From Mobula hypostoma (lineage: Eukaryota): a stretch of DNA of 64,000 nucleotides. The DNA lies in contig NC_086102.1 in NCBI RefSeq assembly GCF_963921235.1, forward strand, positions 85,064,001 through 85,128,000. Reading direction: 5' to 3'. Made by a program: the position numbers and the translations under genes. Below, in pieces: positions 11,950-24,011 of this stretch. Numbering within the stretch: position 1 is the stretch's first letter; every line of letters begins with the position of its first letter. The notes beneath the pieces were generated by a model. It worked only from the letters and a program-made list of their open reading frames with translations. It was not told the origin of the DNA and did not search any database.

Positions 11950-14900
11950 AGAGTGGGGGAGGGGGGGTGTTGGGGGAGGAGGGGTGTTGCGGAGAGGGGT
12001 GGGAGGGGGAGAGGGGTGGGTGTTGGGGTGAGAGGGAGAGCGGGGTGGGTGTTGGGGAGAGGGGGAGCGGGGTGGGTGTTGGGGAGAGGGGGAGCGGGGT
12101 GGGTGATGGGGAGAGAGGGGGAGCGGGGTGGGTGTTGGGGAGAGAGGGGGAGCGGGGTGGGTGTTGGGGAGAGAGGGGGAGCGGGGTGGGTGTTGGGGAG
12201 AGAGGGGGAGCGGGGTGGGTGTTGGGGAGAGAGGGGGAGCGGGGTGGGTGTTGGGGTGAGAGGGGGAGCCGGGTGGGTGTCGGGGTGAGAGGGGGAGCGA
12301 GGTGGGTGTCGGGGTGAGAGGGGGAGCGAGGTGAGGGGAGCGAGGTGGGTGTTGGGGAGAGGGGGGAGCGAGGTGGGTGTTGGGGAGAGGGGGAGCGAGG
12401 TGGGTGTTGGAGTGAGAGGGGGAGCGAGGTGGGTGTTGGGGAGAGGGGGAGCGAGGTGGGTGTTGGGGAGAGGGGGAGCGAGGTGGGTGTTGGGGAGAGG
12501 GGGAGCGAGGTGGGTGTCGGGGGGAGAGGGGGAGCGAGGTGGGTGTCGGGGGGAGAGGGGGAGCGAGGTGGGTGTCGGGGTGAGAGGGGGAGCGAGGTGG
12601 GTGTCGGGGTGAGAGGGGGAGCGAGGAGGGTGTCGGGGTGAGAGGGGGAGCGAGGTGGGTGTCGGGGTGAGAGGGGGAGCGAGGTGGGTGTCGGGGTGAG
12701 AGGGGGAGCGAGGTGGGTGTCGGGGTGAGAGGGGGAGCGAGGTGGGTGTCGGGGTGAGAGGGGGAGCGAGGTGGGTGTCGGGGTGAGAGGGGGAGCGAGG
12801 TGGGGGGAGCGAGGTGAGGGGAGCGAGGTGGGTGTTGGGGAGAGGGGGGGAGCGAGGTGGGTGTTGGGGAGAGGGGGAGCGAGGTGGGTGTTGGAGTGAG
12901 AGGGGGAGCGAGGTGGGTGTTGGAGTGAGAGGGGGAGCGAGGTGGGTGTTGGGGAGAGGGGGAGCGAGGTGGGTGTCGGGGTGAGAGGGGGAGCGAGGTG
13001 GGGGGAGCGAGGTGAGGGGAGCGAGGTGGGTGTTGGGGAGAGGGGTGGAGCGAGGTGGGTGTTGGGGAGAGGGGGGGAGCGAGGTGGGTGTTGGGGAGAG
13101 GGGGGGAGCGAGGTGGGTGTTGGAGTGAGAGGGGGAGCGAGGTGGGTGTTGGGGAGAGGGGGAGCGAGGTGGGTGTTGGGGAGAGGGGGAGCGAGGTGGG
13201 TGTTGGGGAGAGGGGGAGCGAGGTGGGTGTTGGGGAGAGGGGGAGCGAGGTGGGTGTTGGGGAGAGGGGGAGCGAGGTGGGTGTTGGGGAGAGGGGGAGC
13301 GAGGTGGGTGTTGGGGAGAGGGGGAGCGAGGTGGGTGTTGGGGAGAGGGGGAGCGAGGTGGGTGTTGGGGAGAGGGGGAGCGAGGTGGGTGTTGGGGAGA
13401 GGGGGAGCGAGGTGGGTGTTGGGGAGAGGGGGAGCGAGGTGGGTGTTGGGGAGAGGGGGAGCGAGGTGGGTGTTGGGGAGAGGGGGAGCGAGGTGGGTGT
13501 TGGGGAGAGGGGGAGCGAGGTGGGTGTTGGGGAGAGGGGGAGCGAGGTGGGTGTTGGGGAGAGGGGGAGCGAGGTGTGTGTTGGGGAGAGGGGGAGCGAG
13601 GTGGGTGTTGGGGAGAGGGGGAGCGAGGTGGGTGTTGGGGAGAGGGGGAGCGAGGTGGGTGTTGGGGAGAGGGGGAGCGAGGTGGGTATTGGGGAGAGGG
13701 GGAGCGAGGTGGGTATTGGGGAGTGAGGTGGGTGTTGGGGTGAGAGGGGGAGCGAGGTGGGTGTTGGGGTGAGAGGGGGAGCGAGGTGGGTGTTGGGGAG
13801 GGGGGAGCGAGGTGGGTGTTGGGGAGAGGGGGAGCGAGGTGGGTGTTGGGGAGAGGGGGAGCGAGGTGGGTGTTGGGGAGAGGGGGAGCGAGGTGGGTGT
13901 TGGGGTGAGAGGGGGAGCGAGGTGGATGGGGTGAGAGGGGGAGCTAGGTGGGTGTTGGGGAGAGGGGGGAGCGAGGTGAGTGTTGGGGAGAGGGGGGAGC
14001 GAGGTGGGTGTTGGGGAGGGGGGAGCGAGGTGGGTGTTGGGGAGAGGGGGGAGCGAGGTGGATGTTGCGGAGAGGGGGGGAGCGAGGTGGGTGTTGGGGA
14101 GAGTGGGAGCGAGGTGGGTGTTGGGGAGAGTGGGAGCGAGGTGGGTGTTGGGGAGAGAGGGGGAGCGAGGTGGGTGTTGGGGAGAGAGGGGGAGCGAGGT
14201 GGAGGAAGTGAGGTGGGTGTTGGGGTGAGAGGGGGAGTGAGGTGGGTGTTGGGGTGAGAGGGGGAGCTAGGTGGGTGTTGGGGAGAGTGGGAGCGAGGTG
14301 GGTGTTGGGGAGAGAGGGGGAGCGAGGTGGGTGTTGGGGAGAGAGGGGGAGCAAGGTGGAGGAAGTGAGGTGGGTGTTGGGGTGAGAGGGGGAGCTAGGT
14401 GGGTGTTGGGGAGAGGGGGAGCGAGGTGGGTGTTGGGGAGAGGGGGAGCGAGGTGGGTGTTGGGGTGAGAGGGGGAGCGAGGTGGGTGTTGGGGTGAGAG
14501 GGGGAGCGAGGTGGGTGTTGGGGTGAGAGGGGGAGCGAGGTGGGTGTTGGGGTGAGAGGGGGAGCGAGGTGGGTGTTGGGGTGAGAGGGGGAGCGAGGTG
14601 GGTGTTGGGGTGAGAGGGGGAGCGAGGTGGGTGTTGGGGTGAGAGGGGGAGCGAGGTGGGTGTTGGGGTGAGAGGGGGAGCGAGGTGGGTGTTGGGGTGA
14701 GAGGGGGAGCGAGGTGGGTGTTGGGGTGAGAGGGGGAGCGAGGTGGGTGTTGGGGTGAGAGGGGGAGCGAGGTGGGTGTTGGGGAGAGGGGGAGCGAGGT
14801 GGGTATTGGGGAGGGGGGAGCGAGGTGGGTGTTTTGGAGAGAGGGAGCGAGGTGGGGGGAGTGAGGTGGGTGTTGGGGTGAGAGGGGGAGCGAGGTGGAT

Positions 14901-17900
14901 GTTGGGGTGAGAGGGGGAGCTAGGTGGGTGTTGGGGTGGGGGGAGCGAGGTGGGTGTTGGGGAGAGGGGGGAGCAAGGTGGGTGTTGGGGAGAGGTGGGG
15001 AGCCAGGTAGGTGTTGGGGAGAGGGGGGAGCGAGGTGGGTGTTGGGGAGAGTGGGAGCGAGGTGGGTGTTGGGGAGAGTGGGAGCGAGGTGGGTGTTGGG
15101 GAGAGTGGGAGCGAGGTGGGTGTTGGGGAGAGGTGGAGCGAGGTGGGTGTTGGGGAGAGGGGGAGCGAGGTGGGTATTGGGAAGAGGGGGAGCGAGGTGG
15201 GTATTGGGGAGAGGGGGAGCGAGGTGGGGGGAGTGAGGTGGGTGTTGGGGTGAGAGGGGGAGCGAGGTGGGTGTTGGGGTGAGAGGGGGAGCGAGGTGGG
15301 TGTTGGGGAGAGGGGGAGCGAGGTGGGTGTTGGGGAGAGGGGGAGCGAGGTGGGTGTTGGGGAGAGGGGGAGCGAGGTGGGTATTGGGGAGAGGGGGAGC
15401 GAGGTGGGTGTTTTGGAGAGGGGGAGCGAGGTGGGGGGAGTGAGGTGGGTGTTGGGGTGAGAGGGGGTGCGAGGTGGATGGGGTGAGAGGGGGAGCTAGG
15501 TGGGTGTTGGGGAGAGGGGGGAGCGAGGTGAGTGTTGGGGAGAGGGGGGAGCGAGGTGGGTGTTGGGGTGAGAGGGGGAGCTAGGTGGGTGTTGGGGAGA
15601 GGGGGAGCGAGGTGGGTGTTGGGGAGAGGGGGAGCGAGGTGGGTGTTGGGGAGAGTGGGTGCGTGGTGGGTGTTGGGGAGAGGGGGAGCGAGGTGGGTGT
15701 TGGGGTGAGAGGGGGAGCGAGGTGGGTGTTGGGGTGAGAGGGGGAGCGAGGTGGGTGTTGGGGTGAGAGGGGGAGCGAGGTGGGTGTTGGGGTGAGAGGG
15801 GGAGCGAGGTGGGTGTTGGGGTGAGAGGGGGAGCGAGGTGGGTGTTGGGGTGAGAGGGGGAGCGAGGTGGGTGTTGGGGTGAGAGGGGGAGCGAGGTGGG
15901 TGTTGGGGAGAGGGGGAGCGAGGTGGGTATTGGGGAGAGGGGGAGCGAGGTGGGTGTTTTGGAGAGGGGGAGCGAGGTGGGGGGAGTGAGGTGGGTGTTG
16001 AGGTGAGAGGGGGAGCGAGGTGGATGTTGGGGTGAGAGGGGGAGCTAGGTGGGTGTTGGGGAGAGGGGGGAGCGAGGTGGGTGTTAGGGAGAGGGGGGAG
16101 CGAGGTGGGTGTTGGGGAGAGTGGGAGCGAGGTGGGTGTTGGGGAGAGAGGGGGAGCGAGGTGGGTGTTGGGGAGAGAGGGGGAGCGAGGTGGGTGTTGG
16201 GGAGAGAGGGGGAGCGAGGTGGGTGTTGGGGAGAGAGGGGGAGTGAGGTGGGTGTTGGGGAGAGAGGGGGAGCGAGGTGGGTGTTGGGGTGAGAGGGGGA
16301 GCGAGGTGGGTGTTGGGGTGAGAGGGGGAGCGAGGTGGGTGTTGGGGAGAGGAGGAGCGAGGTGGGTGTTGGGGAGAGGGGGAGCGAGGTAGGTGTTGGG
16401 GAGAGGGGGGAGCGAGGTGGGTGTTGGGGAGAGAGGGGGAGCGAGGTGGGTGTTGGGGTGAGAGGGGGAGCGAGGTGGGTGTTGGGGTGAGAGGGGGAGC
16501 GAGGTGGGTGTTGGTGTGAGAGGGGGAGCGAGGTGGGTGTTGGGGTGAGAGGGGGAGCGAGGTGGGTGTTGGGGTGAGAGGGGGAGCGAGGTGGGTGTTG
16601 GGGAGAGGGGGAGCGAGGTGGGTGTTGGTGTGAGAGGGGGAGCGAGGTGGGTGTTGGGGTGAGAGGGGGAGCGAGGTGGGTGTTGGGGAGAGGGGGAGCG
16701 AGGTGGGTGGTGGGGAGAGGGGGAGCGAGGTGGGTGTTGGGGAGAGGGGGAGCGAGGTGGGCGTTGGGGAGAGGGGGAGCGAGGTGGGGGGAGTGAGGTG
16801 GGTGTTGGGGTGAGAGGGGGAGTGTGTTGGGGTGAGAGGGGGAGTGAGGTGGGTGTTGGGGTGAGAGGGGGAGTGAGGTGGGTGTTGAGGTGAGAGGGGG
16901 AGCTAGGTGGGTGTTGGGGAGAGTGGGAGCGAGGTGGGTGTTGGGGAGAGAGGGGGAGCGAGGTGGGTGTTGGGGTGAGAGGGGGAGCGAGGTGGGTGTT
17001 GCGGAGAGTGGGAGAGAGGTGGGTGTTGGGGAGAGGGGGAGCGAGGTGGGTGTTGGGGTGAGAGGGGGAGCGAGGTGGGTGTTGGGGTGAGAGGGGGAGC
17101 GAGGTGGGTGTTGGGGTGAGGGGGGAGCGAGGTGGGTGTTGGTGTGAGAGGGGGAGCGAGGTGGGTGTTGGGGTGAGAGGGGGAGCGAGGTGGGTGTTGG
17201 GGTGAGAGGGGGAGCGAGGTGGGTGTTGGGGTGAGAGGGGGAGCGAGGTGGGTGTTGGGGTGAGAGGGGGAGCGAGGTGGGTGTTGGGGAGAGGGGGAGC
17301 GAGGTGGGTGTTGGGGAGAGGGGGAGAGAGGTGGGTGTTGGGGAGAGGGGGAGCGAGGTGGGTGTTGGGGAGAGGGGGAGCGAGGTGGGTGTTGGGGAGG
17401 GGGGAGCGAGGTGGGGGTTGGGGTGAGAGGGGGAGTGAGGTGGGTGTTGGGGTGAGAGGGGGAGTGAGGTGGGTGTTGAGGTGAGAGGGGGAGTGAGGTG
17501 GGTGTTGGAGAGAGGGGGAGCGAGGTGGGTGTTGGAGAGAGGGGGAGCGAGGTGGGTGTTTTGGAGAGAGGGAGCGAGGTGGGGGGAGTGAGGTGGGTGT
17601 TGGGGTGGGGGGAGCGAGGGGGGTGTTGGGGTGGGGGGAGCGAGGGGGGTGTTGGGGTGAGAGGGGGAGCGAGGTGGGGGGAGTGAGGTGGGTGTTGGGG
17701 TGAGAGGGGGAGTGAGGTGGGTGTTGGGGTGAGAGGAGGAGCTAGGTGGGTGTTGGGGAGAGGGGGGCTAGGTGGGTGTTGGGGAGAGGGGGGGCTAGGT
17801 GGGTGTTGGGGAGAGGGGGGGCTAGGTGGGTGTTGGGGCGAGGGGGAGCGAGGTGGGGGGAATGAGGTGGGTGTTGGGGTGAGAGGGGGAGCTAGGTGGG

Positions 17901-20330
17901 TGTTGGGGAGAGGGGGGGCTAGGTGGGTGTTGGGGAGAGGGGGGGCTAGGTGGGTGTTGGGGTGAGAGGGGGAGCTAGGTGGGTGTTGGGGAGGGGGGGG
18001 CTAGGTGGGTGTTGGGGTGAGAGGGGGAGTGAGGTGGGTGTTGGGGAGAGGGGGAGTGAGGTGGGTGTTGGGGAGAGGGGGAGCGAGGTGGGGAGAGGGG
18101 GAGCGAGGTGGGTGTTGGGGAGAGGGGGAGCGAGGTGGGTGTTGGGGAGAGGGGGAGCGAGGTGGGGGGAGTGAGGTGTGTGTTGGGGTGAGAGGGGGTG
18201 CTAGGTGGGTGTTGGGGAGAGGGGAGGCTAGGTGGGTGTTGGGGAGAGGGGGGCTAGGTGGGTGTTGGGGAGGGGGGGCTAGGTGGGTGTTGGGGAGAGG
18301 GGGAGCGAGGTGGGGGGAGTGAGGTGGGTGTTGGGGTGAGAGGGGGAGCTAGGTGGGTGTTGGGGTGAGAGGGGGAGCTAGGTGGGTGTTGGGGTGAGAG
18401 GGGGAGCTAGGTGGGTGTTGGGGTGAGAGGGGGAGCTAGGTGGGTGTTGGAGAGGGGGAGCTAGGTGGGTGTTGGGGAGGGGGGGCTAGGTGGGTGTTGG
18501 GGAGGGAGGGGGCTAGGTGGGTCTTGGGGAGAGGGGGAGCGAGGTGGGGGGAGTGAGGTGGGTGTTGGGGAGAGTGGGGGCTCGGTGGGTGTTGGGGAGA
18601 GGGGGAGCGAGGTGGGGGGAGTGAGGTGGGTGTTGGGGTGAGAGGGGGAGCTAGGTGGGTGTTGGGGTGAGAGGGGGAGCTAGGTGGGTGTTGGGGAGGG
18701 GGGGGCTAGGTGGGTGTTGGGGAGGGAGGGGGCTAGGTGGGTGTTGGGGAGAGGGGGAGCGAGGTGGGGGGAGTGAGGTGGGTGTTGGGGAGGGGGGGCT
18801 AGGTGGGTGTTGGGGTGAGAGGGGGAGCGAGGTGGGTGTTGGGGAGAGGGGGAGTGAGGTGGGTGTTGGGGAGAGGGGGAGCGAGGTGGGGAGAGGGGGA
18901 GCGAGGTGGGTGTTGGGGAGAGGGGGAGCGAGGTGGGGGGAGTGAGGTGTGTGTTGGGGTGAGAGGGGGTGCTAGGTGGGTGTTGGGGAGAGGGGAGGCT
19001 AGGTGGGTGTTGGGGAGAGGGGGGCTAGGTGGGTGTTGGGGAGGGGGGGCTAGGTGGGTGTTGGGGAGAGGGGGAGCGAGGTGGGGGGAGTGAGGTGGGT
19101 GTTGGGGTGAGAGGGGGAGCTAGGTGGGTGTTGGGGTGAGAGGGGGAGCTAGGTGGGTGTTGGGGTGAGAGGGGGAGCTAGGTGGGTGTTGGGGTGAGAG
19201 GGGGAGCTAGGTGGGTGTTGGAGAGGGGGAGCTAGGTGGGTGTTGGGGAGGGGGGGCTAGGTGGGTGTTGGGGAGGGAGGGGGCTAGGTGGGTCTTGGGG
19301 AGAGGGGGAGCGAGGTGGGGGGAGTGAGGTGGGTGTTGGGGAGAGTGGGGGCTCGGTGGGTGTTGGGGAGAGGGGGAGCGAGGTGGGGGGAGTGAGGTGG
19401 GTGTTGGGGTGAGAGGGGGAGCTAGGTGGGTGTTGGGGTGAGAGGGGGAGCTAGGTGGGTGTTGGGGAAGGGGGAGCTAGGTGGGTGTTGGGGAGGGGGG
19501 GGCTAGGTGGGTGTTGGGGAGGGAGGGGGCTAGGTGGGTGTTGGGGAGAGGGGGAGCGAGGTGGGGGGAGTGAGGTGGGTGTTGGGGAGGGGGGGCTAGG
19601 TGGGTGTTGGGGAGAGGGGGAGCGAGGTGGGGGGAGTGAGGTGGGTGTTGGGGTGAGAGGGGGAGCTAGGTGGGTGTTGGGGTGAGAGGGGGAGCTAGGT
19701 GGGTGTTGGGGTGAGAGGGGGAGCTAGGTGGGTGTTGGGGAGGGGGGGCTAGGTGGGTGTTGGGGAGGGAGGGGGCTAGGTGGGTCTTGGGGAGAGGGGG
19801 AGCGAGGTGGGGGGAGTGAGGTGGGTGTTGGGGAGAGTGGGGGCTCGGTGGGTGTTGGGGAGAGGGGGAGCGAGGTGGGGGGAGTGAGGTGGGTGTTGGG
19901 GTGAGAGGGGGAGCTAGGTGGGTGTTGGGGTGAGAGGGGGAGCTAGGTGGGTGTTGGGGAGGGGGGGGCTAGGTGGGTGTTGGGGAGGGAGGGGGCTAGG
20001 TGGGTGTTGGGGAGAGGGGGAGCGAGGTGGGGGGAGTGAGGTGGGTGTTGGGGAGGGGGGGCTAGGTGGGTGTTGGGGAGAGGGGGAGCGAGGTGGGGGG
20101 AGTGAGGTGGGTGTTGGGGTGAGAGGGGGAGCTAGGTGGGTGTTGGGGTGAGAGGGGGAGCTAGGTGGGTGTTGGGGAGGGGGGGGCTAGGTGGGTGTTG
20201 GGGAGGGAGGGGGCTAGGTGGGTGTTGGGGAGAGGGGGAGCGAGGTGGGGGGAGTGAGGTGGGTGTTGGGGAGAGTGGGGGCTCGGTGGGTGTTGGGGAG
20301 AGGGGGAGTGAGGTGGGTGTTGGGGTATGG
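11950..20330. repeat. G-rich minisatellite array, 27-29 bp unit, ~8.4 kb, in KPNA3 intron 1
   Basis: Tandem GGGGGAGCGAGGTGGGTGTTGGGG(AGA/TGAGA) with variants. It accounts for all the Gly/Arg/Trp-rich spurious ORFs here. Confidence 0.98.
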
Positions 20331-20740
20331 TGAGGGAGTGGAAGTAGATGAGGAGGAGTGAGTGGGGAGGGCTGAACGTGGAGGGGTGGGGTGTGCGTGG
20401 AGTGACGATGGGGTGTGCAGCGGCCACGGGGTGTCTAGTGTTTATGACTCGCACCCTCACCTCGCCCGGGATCTGGCAGGAACGTCGTTAGTCCCGGGCA
20501 GGGACGGGGCCTACAAGCAGGGTGCGTCTCCGGCTGCGGATAGCCGCACTGAACCCAGTCATCCCGGGAGCTGTCGGGCTCAAGCGCTTTGGCTTGCCAG
20601 GCGCCGCCAACAACATTCCCTGGGTCGCTCCGTCGGCGGCAGCGCCCAGTCCAGCGCAGGCCGCAGGCCTCAGGCCTCGCCGGCCCACCCAACTCCACGG
20701 GCCGCGGGTCCCGATTTCACCCTGGCCCGGGACTGCTCAC

Positions 20741-20809
20741 CTCGACATCGCGGCCCTTGTTCTTGAAGCTTTTGATGCGGTGGTTCTCGGCGGCGCTACT
20801 GTCGGCCAT
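20741..20809 (-). CDS. KPNA3: Importin subunit alpha-4 (karyopherin alpha 3), coding exon 1
   Basis: Minus strand reads ATG at 20809: MADSSAAENHRIKSFKNKGRDVE, then a GTGAGC donor. It matches the KPNA3 N-terminus (ENHRIKSFKNKGRDVE). 69 nt, in a CpG island. Confidence 0.95.
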
Positions 20810-21385
20810 CGCGCTGCTCCGCTCCTCCCGCCACCCAGGAAATGAGAGAATGTTCCACAACCGGAGCTACCGGCGGCTGCCAGCAGGCGGCGACAACTCG
20901 CCCCTGTGTTAACGGCAGCCGCCAGCAGAGGGCAGCAGGCACCGGGACTCCGGGGCCAAGGGAATGTCTCGGGAGAGTGGCCTGACAATTAGCAGCTGCA
21001 GTTGCGTGTCTCGCCAGTAGGCGGCGTGTGTGGCGGGGAAGAGGGCGGAGACCGCGCTGTGTCATTGGCTGAGCATTGACCACCAGGGAGGGATAACATC
21101 GTGCAAACAGCGGCAATCTGATAACCTCCTCAACCAAACGCCAGCCGCTATGATACCTCCAAGATGTGTCTGATAGCTGCGAGTTGTTGTGATAAATAAC
21201 CCTGCTTTCGATTGCCCGGCAGGAAAGAATACTTGGATACCAATAGAAGCCACTTCGACCTGTGGCGAGGAAAACGCAGGCTCGGTTATTGAACTGAATG
21301 AGAAACAAGTGTTTCCCGCGAGGTTCGGTAAAATACAAGCTGTTTCGCGTCTTGTGGTGATGGGGTAGTTCACAGAGGCGCAGGA

Positions 21386-21559
21386 ATGGGCGAGGAGGAC
21401 CCGGTGCTGAGCCCGGGGGCTCTGTGGTCGCTGCTCTTGTGTTTTGTTCAGTTGCCTCTGGCTTGCGGTCTGTCGCTGTCCTTCGGCCGGCAATGTGCTC
21501 CACCGGACCGGGCGCTCCTGGCCTGGCTCTTCTACGACTGCATTGTGCACTTTACCTTG
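21386..21559 (+). CDS. EBPL: Emopamil-binding protein-like, exon 1
   Basis: ATG in a good Kozak context; MGEEDP...LAWLFYDCIVHFTL, then a GTAAGT donor; 174 nt. Confidence 0.93.
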
Positions 21560-23094
21560 GTAAGTTGTTCTGTCGCGGCGTGAGACGGCTAAAGTTCCCC
21601 TGTCAGGTAATTTTGCTGTTTGGGGATATTTTCCCACGGGTGAGAAAGATGGGTTTGAAAACAATCTGGAAAAACGCATTTTTTTAAAAAAGCCCCATCA
21701 TTGCACCATCATGTTACAAAGCCCCATGGTGGCTGTTACGAAGGTAGTTTTGTAACCTTGGGAATTCAGGTTTGCACGGACATGTGTCGTGAAATGTGAG
21801 GTTTTGCGGCGGCAGTACAGTGTAATACATAAAATTACAATAATAAATAGGTATTGCAAAAAGGGAGTAAAATAGTGAGCATTGTTCATAGATTCACGAA
21901 CTGTTCGAATGGAAGTTGTCCCTAAAATGGTGAGTGTGTTTCCTCAGGTTCTTGTCCTACTTTCTGATGCAGTAGTGAGAAGAGGGGTATGTCCTGGGTG
22001 CCGAGGGTCCTTCGTGATGGGCGCCTTCTTTTGCAGCGTTGTTTTGAAGACGTCCTTGATGAAGGGGTGACCTGGGTCTACAACCCTCCGCAGTTTTTTT
22101 CTCCATCCTGACTCGAATCCAGGAGAAATGAAGTAATTTGTGCTGTTATAAGGCAGCAAAGATGTGACCAGAATTCATAGATATAAATTGAGGACCTCCG
22201 CTCCATCCGCCGCAAGCGGAACTTCCCAGTGACCAACCATTTTAATTCCCACTCCCATTCCCATTCCCATTCCGACGTGTCGGTCGACGGCCTCCTCTTG
22301 TGCCAAAGATAAAGACGGAGCTGGACACAGACTGTTCCAAAACCGGGCCACACTAAGGGTGGCGGGGCTTACTATCGCACTGTGTGTAGTACCACCTGTC
22401 ACTGCCTCACTGCTGCGATCGAGTTACTGTTGTGGGACCACCCCGCAATCAGCTCGCCCTCAGAGAAAAGGCTAAGTTGGTCAATTGATTATATTTGTCC
22501 TATGCACCGAGGTACAGTGGGAAGACTTTGTTTTGCATGCCGTCCTACATTGAGGTAGTACGAGGGCAAATAATAAGTGCAGAAGGAAGCGTATCAGAGA
22601 AGGTGTGGGCAGATCGTAAGGTACAGTATCATAAGGCAGATTGTGAGGTCAGGTGACCATTCAGTAGTCTATGACTGCAGGGTAGAAGCTGTCCTTTTGA
22701 GCCTGGTGGTATTGTGCTTTTGTATCTTCTGTCCAATGGGAGGGGGAGGAAGAGAGAATGTCTGGGATAAGTGGGATCTTTGAGTAGCAGACTGCCCTCT
22801 CATCTAATTTGTGAAGTCATTTTGCATTCTCCTCATAATTTTAAATCCCAAGCATTTTAAGTTCATTTCAATTTATAACAGGCTAACTCCTGGTTACAAA
22901 GACCAAACTTGCGGACACTGGCTAGGTACAAGAGAGCTCCCTGTAATGCTATTAAATTCAAAAGTTGTACATGTATACATCCATTGTTCCCTCATCCATT
23001 GGTGTATATTCTGAGTGTCTGGATCCCTGCTGCATCCAACTAGTTAACATCAGCTGATCCAAAAAAAAGACCCCTTACTCACTCTTCTTCAGTT

Positions 23095-23130
23095 AGTCCT
23101 GACGAAGGGTCTCGGCCTGAAACGTCGACT
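23095..23130 (+). ncRNA. Minimal type I hammerhead ribozyme (Penelope pseudo-LTR), EBPL intron 1
   Basis: AGTC-CTGACGA-AGGGTCTCGGCCT-GAAA-CGTC-GACT; intact core, predicted cleavage after 23126. Confidence 0.75.
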
Positions 23131-23941
23131 GCACCTCCTCCTAGAGATGCTGCCTGGCCTGCTGCATTCTCCAGCAACTTTGATGTGTGTTACCTGTTTA
23201 TTCCTGTTTGTTTTTGTTTCTTTTCTATCCGTCAACCAGTTTTCAGTCCACTCCAGTACACTAACCCTAATGTCAGACCCGGACATTAGTAAGCAAAACC
23301 AGTCACATACTTACTGAAAAGGAATTATACATCGAAATTGACAAGATCACTAAAATGTGACACTTTAATGGCAAATATGAAATGATATTCTTAAAATGAT
23401 TTAAAGGGCTATCCAATTTACACGTGTTAGTTATAGTTGAATATATAGAACAGCAAATCACAGGTACAGGCCCTTCACCCCACAGTGTGGTGCCAAACCA
23501 GTCAACAGACCAACTAATCTCTCTGCTTACACAATGTCTATATCTCTCCATTTCAAGTGTAAAATATACTGGAAATGGAAAGATATGGACACTATAAAAA
23601 CCATTGATGTGGTTTTTACAATTCTGTATTTACAAACGTAGAAATTATTATATTTGTTAGTGTAAAGTTTAGTGTACTTGAATGGAAATTATGGACAGTT
23701 GTTATTTGTATCTGAGCTAAATGTAAACTACAGCATATTAAAGGTACGTTTGGTTCCCTTTGATCCATTGATGAAATTGTGTGTTACTGCCCATTATGCC
23801 ACCCCCAGGAACTAGTGGAGGATGCTGTCTTAAGGTTCTTGTCAACTCACTTTTTGAGAAGAACAAAGTGACATAAAACATACTGAAGTGTCTAAATATC
23901 ACATGGCAAACAATTAACCTTACTTTTGTCTTGCTTTGCAG

Positions 23942-24011
23942 GAAGGGCCATTTGTTTACATGTCCTTGGTGGGGACTGTGGATCAATCCAATCACGTTCT
24001 TGCTTTTCTGT
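23942..24011 (+). CDS. EBPL: EBPL exon 2
   Basis: ttgcag|EGPFVYMSLVGTVDQSNHVLAFL+T|gtaagt; 70 nt; completes the HFTL-EGPFV motif of the EBP family. Confidence 0.93.

Larger units (their letters stand above)
20400..21600. promoter_or_regulatory. CpG island / bidirectional promoter shared by KPNA3 and EBPL
   Basis: CpG-dense. The divergent ATGs are 576 bp apart. GC boxes near 21030-21050, CCAAT boxes in both orientations (ATTGG ~21064, CCAAT ~21240), E2F-like TTTCCCGC ~21312. Confidence 0.8.

Noticed and set aside
11950-20330. CRISPR-like or telomeric array
   Set aside because: No unique spacers and no TTAGGG; a plain tandem minisatellite in a vertebrate intron.
11857-20333. Dozens of Gly/Arg/Trp/Val-rich ORFs
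   Set aside because: Translations of the minisatellite, mostly with GTG/TTG starts; no coding signature.
20796-21679. 235-aa and 205-aa minus-strand ORFs
   Set aside because: They overlap the CpG island and EBPL exon 1 in antisense, have no recognisable domain, and are expected in GC-rich DNA.
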